A stretch of 64,000 nt of DNA from the NCBI GenBank assembly GCA_951406725.2, contig OX597814.1:89404001-89468000 (forward strand). Direction: 5' to 3'. Made by a program: the position numbers and the translations under genes. This document shows positions 1 through 13,338 of the stretch, piece by piece. This stretch comes from Octopus vulgaris (taxonomy: Eukaryota). The notes under the pieces were generated by a model. The model had not been told where the DNA came from, searched no databases, and saw nothing but the letters and a program-made list of their open reading frames with translations. Each line of letters opens with the position of its first letter. The first letter of the stretch is position 1.

Positions 1-551
1 AGCTTGTCATGTGTGATTTAGCAAATTCACCCCCCCCCCCATTTATAAACAAATGAAATGAAAAACCACAGTAATACATCAGTAATGGCTAGTAATATTT
101 AATAAATGTCACTAGGTGTAATTCATCAACAGAAATTTAATTCAGAACATTTCTGGTAAAAAAGACAAAAAGTATATATTTTATGGCTTAGTCAGGGAAG
201 GAAAAGAGCGACACATTTACTTTTTTTGGGGCTTCAAACTAATGAGAGTAACATATCTTTAAATTCAAGGGCTGGTCTCAGTTCTTGCAACAAAGTGGAC
301 TCTGCTAAAGAAACTCAATAGCCACCATGCCTGCAGTTAGTGTTAAACTAGAATTAGTTTAACATCCATTTTCTTCATTTGGTAGAAAGAAAAAGAAAAA
401 TGTACCAGCACATTAACCCACTGAATTGAATTCAGTCTGAACTAATAGCCCATGAATCATTGCTATAGATCAATGAAAATCAAAAGAGCATTTATGTGTA
501 ACATCTACAGCTCATTCCTCTGTTGGCTCTACTATGACAAGGTTTATTTAA

Positions 552-773
552 CTCTTTCATTATCATATTTATTTTGAGATGCTCTGTGTTTCTTTCAATC
601 AATTTTAAATATAACAAAGAATTTAGTAAAATAACTTAGTTACCATTAAGCTAGTGTTATGAACATAAATTGTGACTAAGGTATGGTGGAAGATTTTAAT
701 TCAGAACTTCTGAAAATAAGACATTTGTACTACAGAGCCAGAGGGAGTTTCATCTGGGTTGGTATCGAAAGGG
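552..773. mobile_element. piggyBac-type MITE
   Basis: TTAA at 548-551 and 774-777 flanking TIRs ctctttcattatca / tggtatcgaaaggg. Confidence 0.6.
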
Positions 774-872
774 TTAAGTCTGTCTGAATATAAGGTTAAC
801 GTAGAAACAAATCTATGTTTATTGTATGTTATTTGAGATAAAATGTTATTAAAATATACACTGAAGAAAATA

Positions 873-938
873 TTACCATGGTTCTCTATTGTTCACTGTA
901 GTGGTTTGCTGTAGTTCGTTGTCATGGTCATCGATATG
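873..938 (-). CDS. ACD: TPP1/ACD-like coding exon 10 (last in window; terminal or internal)
   Basis: ttttttacag|CATATC; reads to CCA TGG TAA (875-873) with minus-strand AATAAA at 823-818, or splices at CCATG|gtaata (877). Confidence 0.65.
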   Translation of the reverse strand, partial: HIDDHDNELQQTTTVNNREPW

Positions 939-2347
939 CTGTAAAAAATATATTATATTATCATCATCATCATCATCGTTTAACGTCCGTTCTCCATGCT
1001 AGCATGGGTTGGACGGTTTGACCGATTTATATATATATATATATATATATACATGCATAAAATATTTGACTTTAATTTAAGAATAACTCATTAAATTCAT
1101 GGATTTAAGAATATGCAATTTTGTGGTATCCATTTCTTTTCAATGTGCTCATGATGCAATTAAGATGGCTCCAACTAGGAATTCAAGATGAGCCATAGAT
1201 GACAACAGACTACTATATCGAAGTATCTGACACTTACATTCATAGTGACTATTTTAACTCCAGAAATCATTTCATAACTGTAGACGACTCTTACACAAAA
1301 TACTTCCCACTGCAACAGCTATCTTGCAAAGGAACTATTGCAGAAAATGTCACAAAGCAGGATTATTCTTTCTCTGACAATAAAAAGGGAAAATTAGCTG
1401 CCACTTGCAATATGTACAAGCCTAATAGCATGTAGAAATTGTTTAAGGTGCCTTTGTGACCACGACTCTCGGCCCAGAACACTGAGAGTGTAATAGCTGT
1501 AGAAAAAGCTGCACCACAGTTTGCTGGTACTCTTTTTTAGCTGAGTAGATTGGAGCAATGTGAAATGATGTAACTTGTACTGCTTGGTCCAGGAATCAAA
1601 CCTATGTAAGGTCAATACCTTAACTAGTAAACCACACACTTTCTACAAAATAATCCATAAAAATATTTAGGATAGTTTCTCAAAGTTATCTTCACTGCAA
1701 GGTTGGATGCATATGGCAAAAAAGAAAACAAAAAATTCATTCTGAGTGTTTACAGGAATTACACGAAAGTATAAAAGTAACAAATTAACATTTCACAACA
1801 TTCCACTTACTTTTGAATGGGAGCTAATGATTTGGGATACTGAACTTGCAGACAGAACTGAATTTTGGTGCCATTCTTTAAAAAATGAATAATGGAAGAA
1901 AGCATTAGAATGAATTAAATATATATCTCTCTATATATATATTCTCAAAATTCAAATAATGAGAGAAACTATACCAACCAGGAATTTCTTCTAATATCTT
2001 GTTTTCTTCAGGCTTGATCACAAAATCTTCACTACATAATGTTGTTATTGTATTTTGTAAGATTTCAAAGGAAACATTCTTGAGTAAATCTGTAACAAAA
2101 TTTCAGAAACAGAATGCAATGAAACTATTTTCATATTTATTGCGATGTTACATTTCTAAGCTTTGATTATTGTAGGATAGTCTTTTTATGTGAACACAAG
2201 AATTGTGATATCAACTAGCAATATAACAAGAGTGCATTTTGCACCAAAAGCTAATATTTGAGTTTTCTCTTATGGTATCTGCTGCAGTATAGTTTGTTCT
2301 AACAGAACAGCCACATTTACCTCTTGGTATTAATATTGCCCCCCACA

Positions 2348-2421
<74 letters not shown>

Positions 2422-3481
2422 CATATATATATATTAATAACATCTGCATTGTATAATATATGCTATAATCACTTTCATAATTATCACTTGCATATGAGAA
2501 TAGCCCAGTAGCTTGTACCATGTATTTTGCTAATTGTTTTAGATGACTAAAACATATAGACACTGTCTTGGCTCTATCTCCCTTGTCTTTGTAGAACACT
2601 TAGGATGAAAAAGCTGGTAGGAGGAATTTTTCAGCACAGTAGACTTGGAAAATATGAAATCATGTGCATTTTCACACAGAGCATGCTGCCCAGTCCAGGA
2701 ATCAAACTCATGGCCTAATGATTGTCAGTCCAATACCATAGCCAACACAAGTTGTCGAATAGTAAGAGGAGGGCACAAACACAAACATGCACACAAATGT
2801 AGTTACATGATGGGCTACCATAATTTCTGTCTATCAAATTCACTCATAAGGCATTGCTCAGCCTGAGGCTATAGTAGAAGACACTTATCCAAGGTGCTGT
2901 GCAGTGGGACTGAGCCCTAAATTGCATTGTTGTAAAGTGAGATTCTTAACCACAACACTACTTAGTATAGAAATAGAAATAGTACCATAGATTTTAAGCA
3001 AGGCAGAAACAATTATTAAACATTTTAGAAATGTCATGGGATAAGTAATTTTCAGATAATAGGGGACAATGAAAGGATCTAAAAGTTATTTTATAAGGAA
3101 GTTATGATCCATCATTAGCTCATACAAATATAATCATGTTGAGGTAAACTAATTACAAATAAAATAAAAAATTTCTGGAATAGATAAAAATAAACATCTC
3201 CTTTTTTTGTAGCATTTATAATGAATATATCTTATTCCAATATTTTAAAATTTTGCTAATTGGCAAATAAAAATAAGTAAAGTGATAGTTTCCTTGTCAA
3301 ACAAGATTTCTGCAAATGAATAGAGTATGCCAAAATGCCCCTAAGCACCAGGCGGTGGTTTTACAAGAGAGTAGCTAGAAGCTAAAGGTATGGTAGGATT
3401 TGAACCCAGGACATACAGAGCTGAAAGAAATACTACAAAGCATGCAGTCCAATGCTCTAATGATTCTGCCAAAATATGGGA

Positions 3482-3515
<34 letters not shown>

Positions 3516-6500
3516 CAGTCAGTAGTTCATATATCTGTAAAAGAAGCACACTCTAAAACATTAAAGCAGTAATGTTTAGAAGGTTGTTTGTTATGGCTAG
3601 TCAGAGAGTGACCATTGGTTTCAAACCTATATAGCACTTAGCTGTATAGGTAACTTGTCAGACACAAATGGCAGGAGGTACAAGCCTGACAAGTCACCTA
3701 GAGAGCTAAGCACTTTATAGGTGTGAAACCAGTGGTCATTACAAACAACCTTATAATGATGCTGGAAGGATAAAGGCAAAGTCAGTCTCCATGGGATTTG
3801 ATCTCAAAATGGAAGAAGCTAGAGCAAATACATGTGTATTATCACGAGAGAATTACACAAATATATTAGAGTGGTAGTTATCATTATTTCACATTTCAAA
3901 ATAACTTTACAGTTGGATGCCATTTTTATAGTTAACAATACATCCATAAAATATAAGCACTTAAGCAGAGTAACAACTTGCACTGCTGTTAACATGATTT
4001 TTTTGGGGCGTTAGTAAGGGCATCCAGCTGTAGAAACACTGCCAGATCAGACTGGGCCTGGTGCAGCCTTCTGGCTTCCCAGACCCCAGTTGAACCGTCC
4101 AACCCATGCTAGCATGGAAAACAGACGTTAAACGATGATGATGATGATGAATTCTAAGACTCATAGGGATAGTTATCTGGTTTCCATGGGGGTAAAAGTC
4201 ACTGAGATTACAACATACCCCTGAGCAGGACACCAGTCCATAGTAGGGTCAATAATTTACAACTGAGTGGACTGGAGCAACATGAAATGAGGTGTTTCAT
4301 GCAAAAACACAACAAACTGCCTAGTCCAGGAATTGAAATCATGATCTTGTGAGTGTAACACACTAAACCACTAGGCTATGTGCTTAAACCTCACAGATTC
4401 TATACCACACTTGAAACTCACAATCAATGCCCAATCCCCACTGTTATGCTACACAAATGTTTCAAGTAGACTAACTTACCGCAATTGAGTAACGTGTCTG
4501 CTTCTACTGGATCTTCTGTCGATGACAAACACTCTTCTCCCATTGCTTTCAGCAACAAAGTCAAGTTCCCCTCAGATTCTTCCTCCTCACTGTCAATTTC
4601 TTCTTCCTCATTCTCAATTTCTTCCTCCTCATTGTCAGTTTCTTCCTCAATATTCTCAGAATTCGCACGAAAAAGCATGGCACTGATATTAGAAATAAAT
4701 TACTATCAAAGCATAGAGCACTTGCATTTATACAGTACATAGTATATATTTTTTGGAGCTTGTAATTATTTCTAGAAAGGAAAATGCAAAATGGTAATGT
4801 TTGATACCACTTTTACATGACTGTTCTTTGCAGAACAAATGTTACTACATCTTAACGCCAGGAAAACATCTTTTCTTGCTGGTTAATGACACACAACCTA
4901 TGTCTGTTTTATTGCAAGTAAGGGAGTGAACCACTCCCACTCCAACAGCAAAACCAATAGACTGGGTAGTTTCTCAGTACTGGACATTTGCCTGTTAGAG
5001 ATGGCAGCTATCCATCCTTACTCACAATATATAAACAAAGCAGGAAATCGTTTTCCTGGGGTTAAAATGTAGTAACATTTGCTCTGCATAGAACAACCAA
5101 GTAGAAGTAGTATCAAACATAACTGTTTAGTAATGTTATGTGAATCTCTGAATTTGCAGCTACCGTCCAACCCATGCTAGCATGGAAAGCGGACGTTAAA
5201 TGATGATGATGATGATGAAGCTTAAAAAAAATCCTGGCATCAAAACAGTGGCATTTTCATTATTCGTTTTTCTTGAAAAATATCTCTGCTCTGTTTACTT
5301 AAAAATTTATACATTATATTGCAGTTTGTGAACAGGTTTATGATTTCAACAAAGGGCCAGTCAAGAGTTCACAGTCAAGGGCCAGTTAAGAGTTGACCGT
5401 AAGTGTGATGAGCAAGTGTATGGTACTTGATTAAGAACAAAACAAGAAACTGTTTTTAAAGCACTGATATTTGGGTTTTCTTACTGATGTTTATAGCCTT
5501 CCACAACATAATAGAGAGAGAATGTGTGTGTGTGTATGCGTGTGGTTTAGTGGTTAGGTTATTCGACTCGTGATTGTAAGGTCATGAGTTCAATTTCCAC
5601 TTGATTCATTGCATCGTTGAGCAAGACACTTTATTTCATGTTGCTCCAGTCCACTCAGCTGGCAAAAATGACATGTACGCATGTTTCAAAGGACCAGCCT
5701 TGTCACATTCTCTGTTATGCTGAATCTCCCTGAGAAATACATTAAGGGTACATGTGTTTGTTGAGGGCTCAGCTATGTGCACATTAATTTCACAAGCAGG
5801 CTGCTCTGTTGACTGGTGTTGTTTGTTTCCAACCTTTCATGACATAAGAACATGTCAGGTCATGGGGAAATGTTACTTTGCTTGGAATAAAGTAAGTATT
5901 GGCAACAGCAGTACTAAATCTACCTCATTTACATAAGTCAAATGGAAAAGTGGATTTTAAAAGGGTGACAGTGATAAAACACACACCATATTTTTTTTAA
6001 TGCTGGTATGGGTTGGCCAAACTTAGGGCAGTATTCTATGGTCAGGTATCCTTCTTATTGGTAATCCTTACCTGTTTTTTTAAGTAAGGTATTTTGCTTC
6101 CACTGGTCTTCCCAAAGCAAAAGAAGCAAAGATACAGACATATTGTTTATAAAAGTAAATATATCACCATTAACCATGCAGTGTCACCAGGAAAATGTGG
6201 AAGCACACACACATGTACAGTTTCCCCTTGGTTTGCATGATACTCAGCTTGCAGTAACAATTTAGCACATTTGGGCTTCAAGGCAAAATCCCCTACCCCT
6301 TTTTTGTAGTTAACCACTACTTTGCTTGTCATTTTTGTTTCATTTAGCCTTCACCTCATTTAGTTGATAGTGAGACACACCACACTCTAAACTAACCCCC
6401 AAGTTGGAATCATTTAAAAAAAATTTTGTTTAATATTTTTGAGATTGGAAAGAGTTCAAGAGTTCTTTAGAAATTACAAAACAGTTTAAAGTAATTATAA

Positions 6501-9500
6501 CAACAATTTGAAAAAAAAAAAAATTCCAAATATAACTGCTGGTTTTTCAACACATATTATAAAAACAGTAGGAAAAGCTCTTATCATTATTATTTAGGAT
6601 AGAAGATAAAATTGGATATTACAACAGCACCTATACACACACATGTACATAGCTGTCTATGTATCATACGTAATGTATACACACTGTTGATAGGTTAGTT
6701 ACTGTAGTATTTGTCTTGAGATAACATTACCTATAGACTTGCTGTTTTAAAAAGACAATAATACCAGAGGGGCATATATACTCATCTTATTAGGTTGCCA
6801 AGAAAGTTCTTGCAGTTTTTAACCTTTAAATTCAGATTAGGTTGTTAAGAAAGTTCTTGTGGAATTTTAAATTTTGGTTTTAAATGATGTATTTTCAAAC
6901 TAATTTTCATAAAATTACTTTGGCTTTATATATCATTTTAAAGCCTGTTTATCGCTCTATCTAATCGTGTTACTCTTTTTCTTTTATAAACAGTATGTCT
7001 GTATCTTTGCTTCTTTTGCTTTGGGAAGACCAGTGGAAGCAAAATACCTTTACTTAAAAAAACAGGTAAGGATTACCAATAAGAAGGATACCTGACCATA
7101 GAATACTGCCCTAAGTTTGGCCAACCCATACCAGCATTAAAAAAAATATGGTGTGTGTTTTATCACTGTCACCCTTTTAAAATCCACTTTTCCATTTGAC
7201 TTATGTAAATGATGTTGCAAATTGCCACCCAGCTGATTAAAAATCCAGTATGTGCAATAGAGGCAATATTTTTAATCAGCTGGGTAGCTAATTAAAAATG
7301 CATCTGCCACTCTTGCTGGCTGCAGCTGGGATGAATTTTTGCCTCTCTCTGATATTTGTCTTTTTAACACAGCAAGCCCAGAAGAGGTGCTATCTCAGGA
7401 CAACTACTGCAATAACAGGCCTATCTACAGCATATACATTAAGTATGATACATAGAAGGCTGTTCTTCCTATTAATCTAAGCAACTCAGTTGCAAAAAAA
7501 AATTTAAAAAAATGTCAAATGTATTAACATACCTTTCTGCTTCTTCCCATAATTCTGAAATCTTTTTCGCAATTCTGAGGTCGAATTTACTGGAATTGAC
7601 CAGATCAATGACAAAATGAACAATTTTAAAGATTTCAATATTTATGAAGTAATTTACACATTTTCCAATATTTCAGAATAGTTCTGTTTTGTTTGTTTGC
7701 CAATCTACACATTATTAAAAACACCAGCAGAAAAACCACCTTCAATGCAGTTTTTTGCTTGTCACTAAATCATAAATATTTACACTTTTGATTTCTAATC
7801 GGTATAACTCTTCTGATATGTTATGTCTAATTTTCCTTTGTATCTTTTATTTGCTCACTAAATATTTCTTTCATTATTTTATTGCAGTCTTAATGTCTTT
7901 TAAACAAACTCAAAAAGTAGTCTCTGCATGGTTATTTAGAATGCTGGAAATAGCCGGAATCAGGAATCAAAAGGGTATAATCAAAGGTCTACAGCACACG
8001 AAACAGCCATACCAACAAATCTACCACTGATATTTCCTTTTCAAATTATGGTGGCATCTCTGGAAAATTTCATTTTATTAAAAAATACTCATATAGATTG
8101 TGTAGTAAGAAGTTTGTTTCTCAACCACATAGTTTTGGGTTCAGCCTCACAGCGTGGCACCTTGGGCACTTTGGGCTGACCAAAGAATTGCTTGTGGATT
8201 TGAGAAAGGGAAACTGAAAGAAGCTTGTTATATACATATATCTATGTGTGTGTGTCTTTGTATCTGTTTGTGCTCCACCACTACTTGACAACTGGTGTTG
8301 GTGTGATTATGTTCCTGTAACTTAGCGGTTTCGCAAAAGAGACTGATAGAATAAGTACCAGTCTTAAAAAGAGAAAAAAAAAAGTACCGAGGTCAAAATT
8401 CTTTAAGGTGGTGCCCTAGCATGACCGTAGTCTAATAACTAAAACAAGTAAAAAATAGATTTAAATTCCAAAAGGTGGCCTTTTCAGCAAGTTTGTGTAA
8501 TTTTTCAGAAGTACTGATCACTAAAAGTGGATGGAAGAGAGAGACCCAGGAAAACATGGGATGAACTATTGAAGGTTGAGCTCAAGACACTGAGCCTTAT
8601 GAAGGAGATGACTAAAGATTGAGATATCTGGTGCATTGCCACAGCAGAAATGATATCAGTGCTGGTGAGAGAGAAAAAGAGAGGGAGAGAGAAAAAAGGA
8701 GAGCGAGAGAGAGAGAGAGAGAAGACAAAGATGGAATGCAATCACAGTGTTAAAAAATGCTACCTTGCAGTGAATTAAAATTAGTTTTCTGTAATTTGAA
8801 ATTTTTAATAATAAAAGGAAGCTAAAACTACACTTTGATAAAAATATTAAAATTAGAATTTTCTAGAAAATGCAGACTTTATTAACTGCATTCTTTCAGT
8901 AAAAGTTACATACTCCAAACAAATAAATAAGCAGCTTTCTTTATTATAGTATAGATGTATAATGATTTATACCTTTACTTTTTAGTTAGTTATTAGAATA
9001 TGCTTCTTATGTTGTAGCTCTACCACCTGCACACTGATGTCGACTGTATCTTCATTTTTAATTCTAAACCAGGGATATAGCACATGTTAGGGAGTTTCAA
9101 CATGATTCTATGTAAGATCTTCCTCATATATTGTAGGATTCCTGGTTTGTCTCCTTGCTATGACAATCGAATCTTCTACCCTTATGAGAAACATGTCCTG
9201 TATGTTGAATATATCTAGTAGAGTGTATATGTTAAGTAAGGCTCAATCAGTATTCATTGGCAATTTCCTTACAAGTGCAACTGATTAATTTGTAATACAT
9301 TTTGCCATTACTATTGTGACCTTACATATAGCTTTTAACAAAGTTGAAATGTCAAAGGTGAATGTAAACTAATAATTGAAATGTCTATTCCATCAAAATA
9401 TTACAATGAATTTTCAAGAGTATATCAATTATTGACTAAAGTTTTTCCTCCTTATTGCACAATTATTTTATTTTTAGTTACCTTTTTAAGAGTACATTAA

Positions 9501-12431
9501 AATATGTTACCACTAACTTAAACACTGTTTTTTCATGGGGATCACATCTCTATTATTTATTCTCTAAACCAACCAGCATACAAGTTTTCACATTCACATT
9601 ACTTCAGAAAGGACAACAACATCCATGCTTTGCCAATGAAACTTTAATAAGAATGAAACATGTTCTGAGTTGCCTCCCATATTTCCTAAAGTAATTAAAA
9701 TGTTATCAATCATTGACTAATATTCCCTCACCACCCTCAACAGATTATCTTCAGTTAGCTTTTCAATGGTCTCTGCACTGAATTCAACAAGTAGAAATAA
9801 ATGGCTGATAACTGCAGAGCAGTAGATATTAGTTAAATTCTTATACACAATATTTTGTTTTTGAAAATATTGAAAGGAAGTTATTGATTTACCATGGCGT
9901 CAGCCGGTATTTAGGCCAGTATCCTTCTTCATTGTTCCAAACATCAAAAACTTTTATTGTGATTATATAATCTGATTTCTCCTAATAAAGAAAAAAAGGA
10001 AAGAATTAACAGTGCCAACTGCTACAGCAAAACTTTACAAGTTGTCATATAATTCAAACTATATTGCTGACACATAGTAATTCCTTTTAGATTTAATCCT
10101 TTGCCAGTCAAGTGATACACAGGACATATTTCCCTAGAGTCCATGCATCATATATGATATATAGTCCCAGTTTTTTTTATTCAGCCACCACAGTAACTTG
10201 GCACTTACGACAGGAAAGCTTTTTGTTATTCAGATCGTATTAAACAAGGGCTGGCTAAAAGCCTAAAAACAAGCATGGATGTTTACAACAAACAAAATGC
10301 TTTAGACTGGTAGAGACTTAATTCTTTTACTTGTTTCAGTCATTAGACTGTGGCCATGCTGGGGCACCACCTTGATATTTTAGTTGAATGAATTGACTCC
10401 AGTACTTGTCTTTTAAAGCCTGATACTTATTCTAACGGTCTCTTTGGCTGAACTGCTAAGTTACAGGGATGCAACCACACCAACACCAGTTATCAAATGG
10501 TGGTGTTGGGACTGATATTTTCTTTATTTTGCACAAGCCCAATATTTTTTAGATGAATGAATATTGTAAATTGTATAGGCCCCAGAGCATTATTAGTACA
10601 CACAGCATCAAAAGATAGAAAGTCAAACAGATTTTAGTGGGATTTCCATTCAGAACAAGATATAAAACTAAACACAGAAAAGTATTTAGCTCCATTCTCT
10701 ACTGTTTTGACCACCCTTTCGATATTTGAAGTATTATCAAGTCTTATATTGGCCACTAAATACGCTACACAATCATTGAATGACAGAGTACACCAGAAGA
10801 AAATAACTGCTTAAGTATTACATAGCAGATGTGAGAGAGTGTTGAGAATGATAGCAGATCATGATCCAAGAATATCTGCTGAATCAGAACCAAACTGGGT
10901 CTAAAATAAGCAATATGGATCATGATCTGCTATCATTCTCAAAACTCTCTCACATCTGCTGTCGATGGCCTCATCTCCTGCACTACCACTTATCACTTCT
11001 TCCTTCCTTAGCCACTCTTATTTCTCCCCACCACTCATACTAATATTTACCTTCAACCACAGCTCCAACCTTGTTCCTTCCATTACATTCAACATCCTAT
11101 CTATAACCATCAGTCACTTTCCTCTCACACTCCGGTGAACTTCCCAATCCTTTCTTTGTGTTATCTCTCACACTCACCTTTTATATCTTGAGAGTACACT
11201 CAGATATCTTGTAACTACATCAGTCTTCTTACTCACACCTACCCTTAAATAATCTCTCAACAATAAGCATAAAACTTTATCCCTCTCTACTAAAACCCCA
11301 AGTTAAGGAGTCTTCTTTGTCATGAAAAAAAACAAAACACTTAGTACACTCTGTAAAGTGGTTGGCATTTGGAAGGACATCTAGCAGTAGAAGCTATACC
11401 AAAGACAATAAAACTCACAGTCTTCTGGCTCACGGATCCCATCACACTGCTTAACACAAGCCAGCATGGATGACGAACACTAAATGACTTGAGAACTGCA
11501 ATCTGTGAATATTACAATCTATACAAATATAAATAATACTTAGTACTCACTTTAGTATCCGCTAACGTTAGTTTAATATCCCAATCAGTGACTCTTATAA
11601 GGGATCGTTCCCAGCATGCCCGTTCAGTTTCTTCAAGGCTAAATAAATATATATGTTTAAAAGGAAAATGAACAGAAACGAAAGATGAAAATCAACTTGA
11701 TTCAATATACTTTTCAAAATACAGAGTTGTATTAAGGGGTTGTAATCTTTGTATATGACTAAGTTTACCAACCAGTATTTGTAATGATGGAATTTTATGG
11801 CTCAGTACATATAGCAGCAAATAAAATGTTGTTGGTGTTTGGCCTCTCGCATCAATCCTCTTCTAGTAGACCTATGGTCAAAGGCATTCCAACTGTGAAT
11901 ATCCTGTCTTTCAGAAAACACAACTCACATTGTGGACCAGTGATTGTCGTAGTGGTGAGTTGCCATTCTTATCATCATTTAATGTCTACTTTCCAAGCTG
12001 GTATGGGTTGGACAGTTTGGCAGGATACAAAGAGTAGGAGGTCCACATCATCCTTCTGTGTCTGCTTTCGTATGATTTCTACAACTGGATACTCTTTTTT
12101 AATGCCAGCCCCTTTATAGAGGGTCTTCATTGCAAAGTGAGTTCACTTTGTAACTTACAAGACTAAAGGGTCTTTTATAACCGAGGGAGATTAGGTAAGA
12201 GAGTGTGATGATTCAAATCAAGGTGATGAGAGAGGGTAAAGAAAAGAACAGCTTTATAGGTTTGAGAGGGTGGTTGCACAAAGAGAACAGAGTAGACACT
12301 ATTAGAGGAGAGGTATATAATGAGTGAATGAATTGGAAAGAGTAAAAGAAGGAAGGTGATCAACAGGTGGGGTGGTGGAACTCAGAGATGCAATAAGTGG
12401 GGGAAATCGCAAGATACAAATATACATATGT

Positions 12432-12479
<48 letters not shown>

Positions 12480-12971
12480 TTGTAAAAAAGAAGTTTGAAA
12501 ACGCCACTATCTCTTATTATAAAAGGCAGATTTTATCTGCCTCCCTTTGGGAGTTATACAAATCTACAATATAGGATTTCTTCAATTACAATTTACCTAC
12601 CATTTTTAAGAGTACAATGCATCGCGTCATGCTAGGTCCAGTTTTTAAAATTTAAACTCCAATTAAGCAAAATTTACAGAAAACTCACATTCTGGTGTGT
12701 GTGTCAAATGCTTTTCTTAGTCTGGTTTACACCACACGCAAACGCACACACACAGTGGGCAACGAATAAAGTGAAACTAGATGTAATATTTGTTTCTCTC
12801 TATCACGCTGATAGATACATGAGTAAAATGTATGGGAAGCTAACACATAAGTGTGAGTGAAAATGTTCTTGGAAGAGAGTAAATAGCCAGAGATAGTGAT
12901 TTGAGGAAGACTTTACATTAAATAACCGTACTGGCTTGTGTTAGTAATAAAGTAAACATACACTCATACAT

Positions 12972-13004
<33 letters not shown>

Positions 13005-13039
13005 TACATACACACACATACATACACACATACATACAT

Positions 13040-13072
<33 letters not shown>

Positions 13073-13306
13073 TACACACACACAGTATTGAAGCTTGAGA
13101 ACAATCAGATACATTTGCAACACATCTGTTGAAAATATTATTGTTCACACACATACATATACATATATACATACAGACAGACAGACAGATAGACACACAC
13201 ACACACACACACATGATCCAGCATGGCCACAACCTCAAGGCTGAAACATATAAAAGAATAACAGAATATAAATGTGTGCATGTGTGTGAGAGAGAGAGTG
13301 TGTGTG

Positions 13307-13338
<32 letters not shown>

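Noticed and set aside
8013-8059. Exon-like segment with a good acceptor
   Set aside because: Stops in all three frames and not needed for the 9893>7589 join
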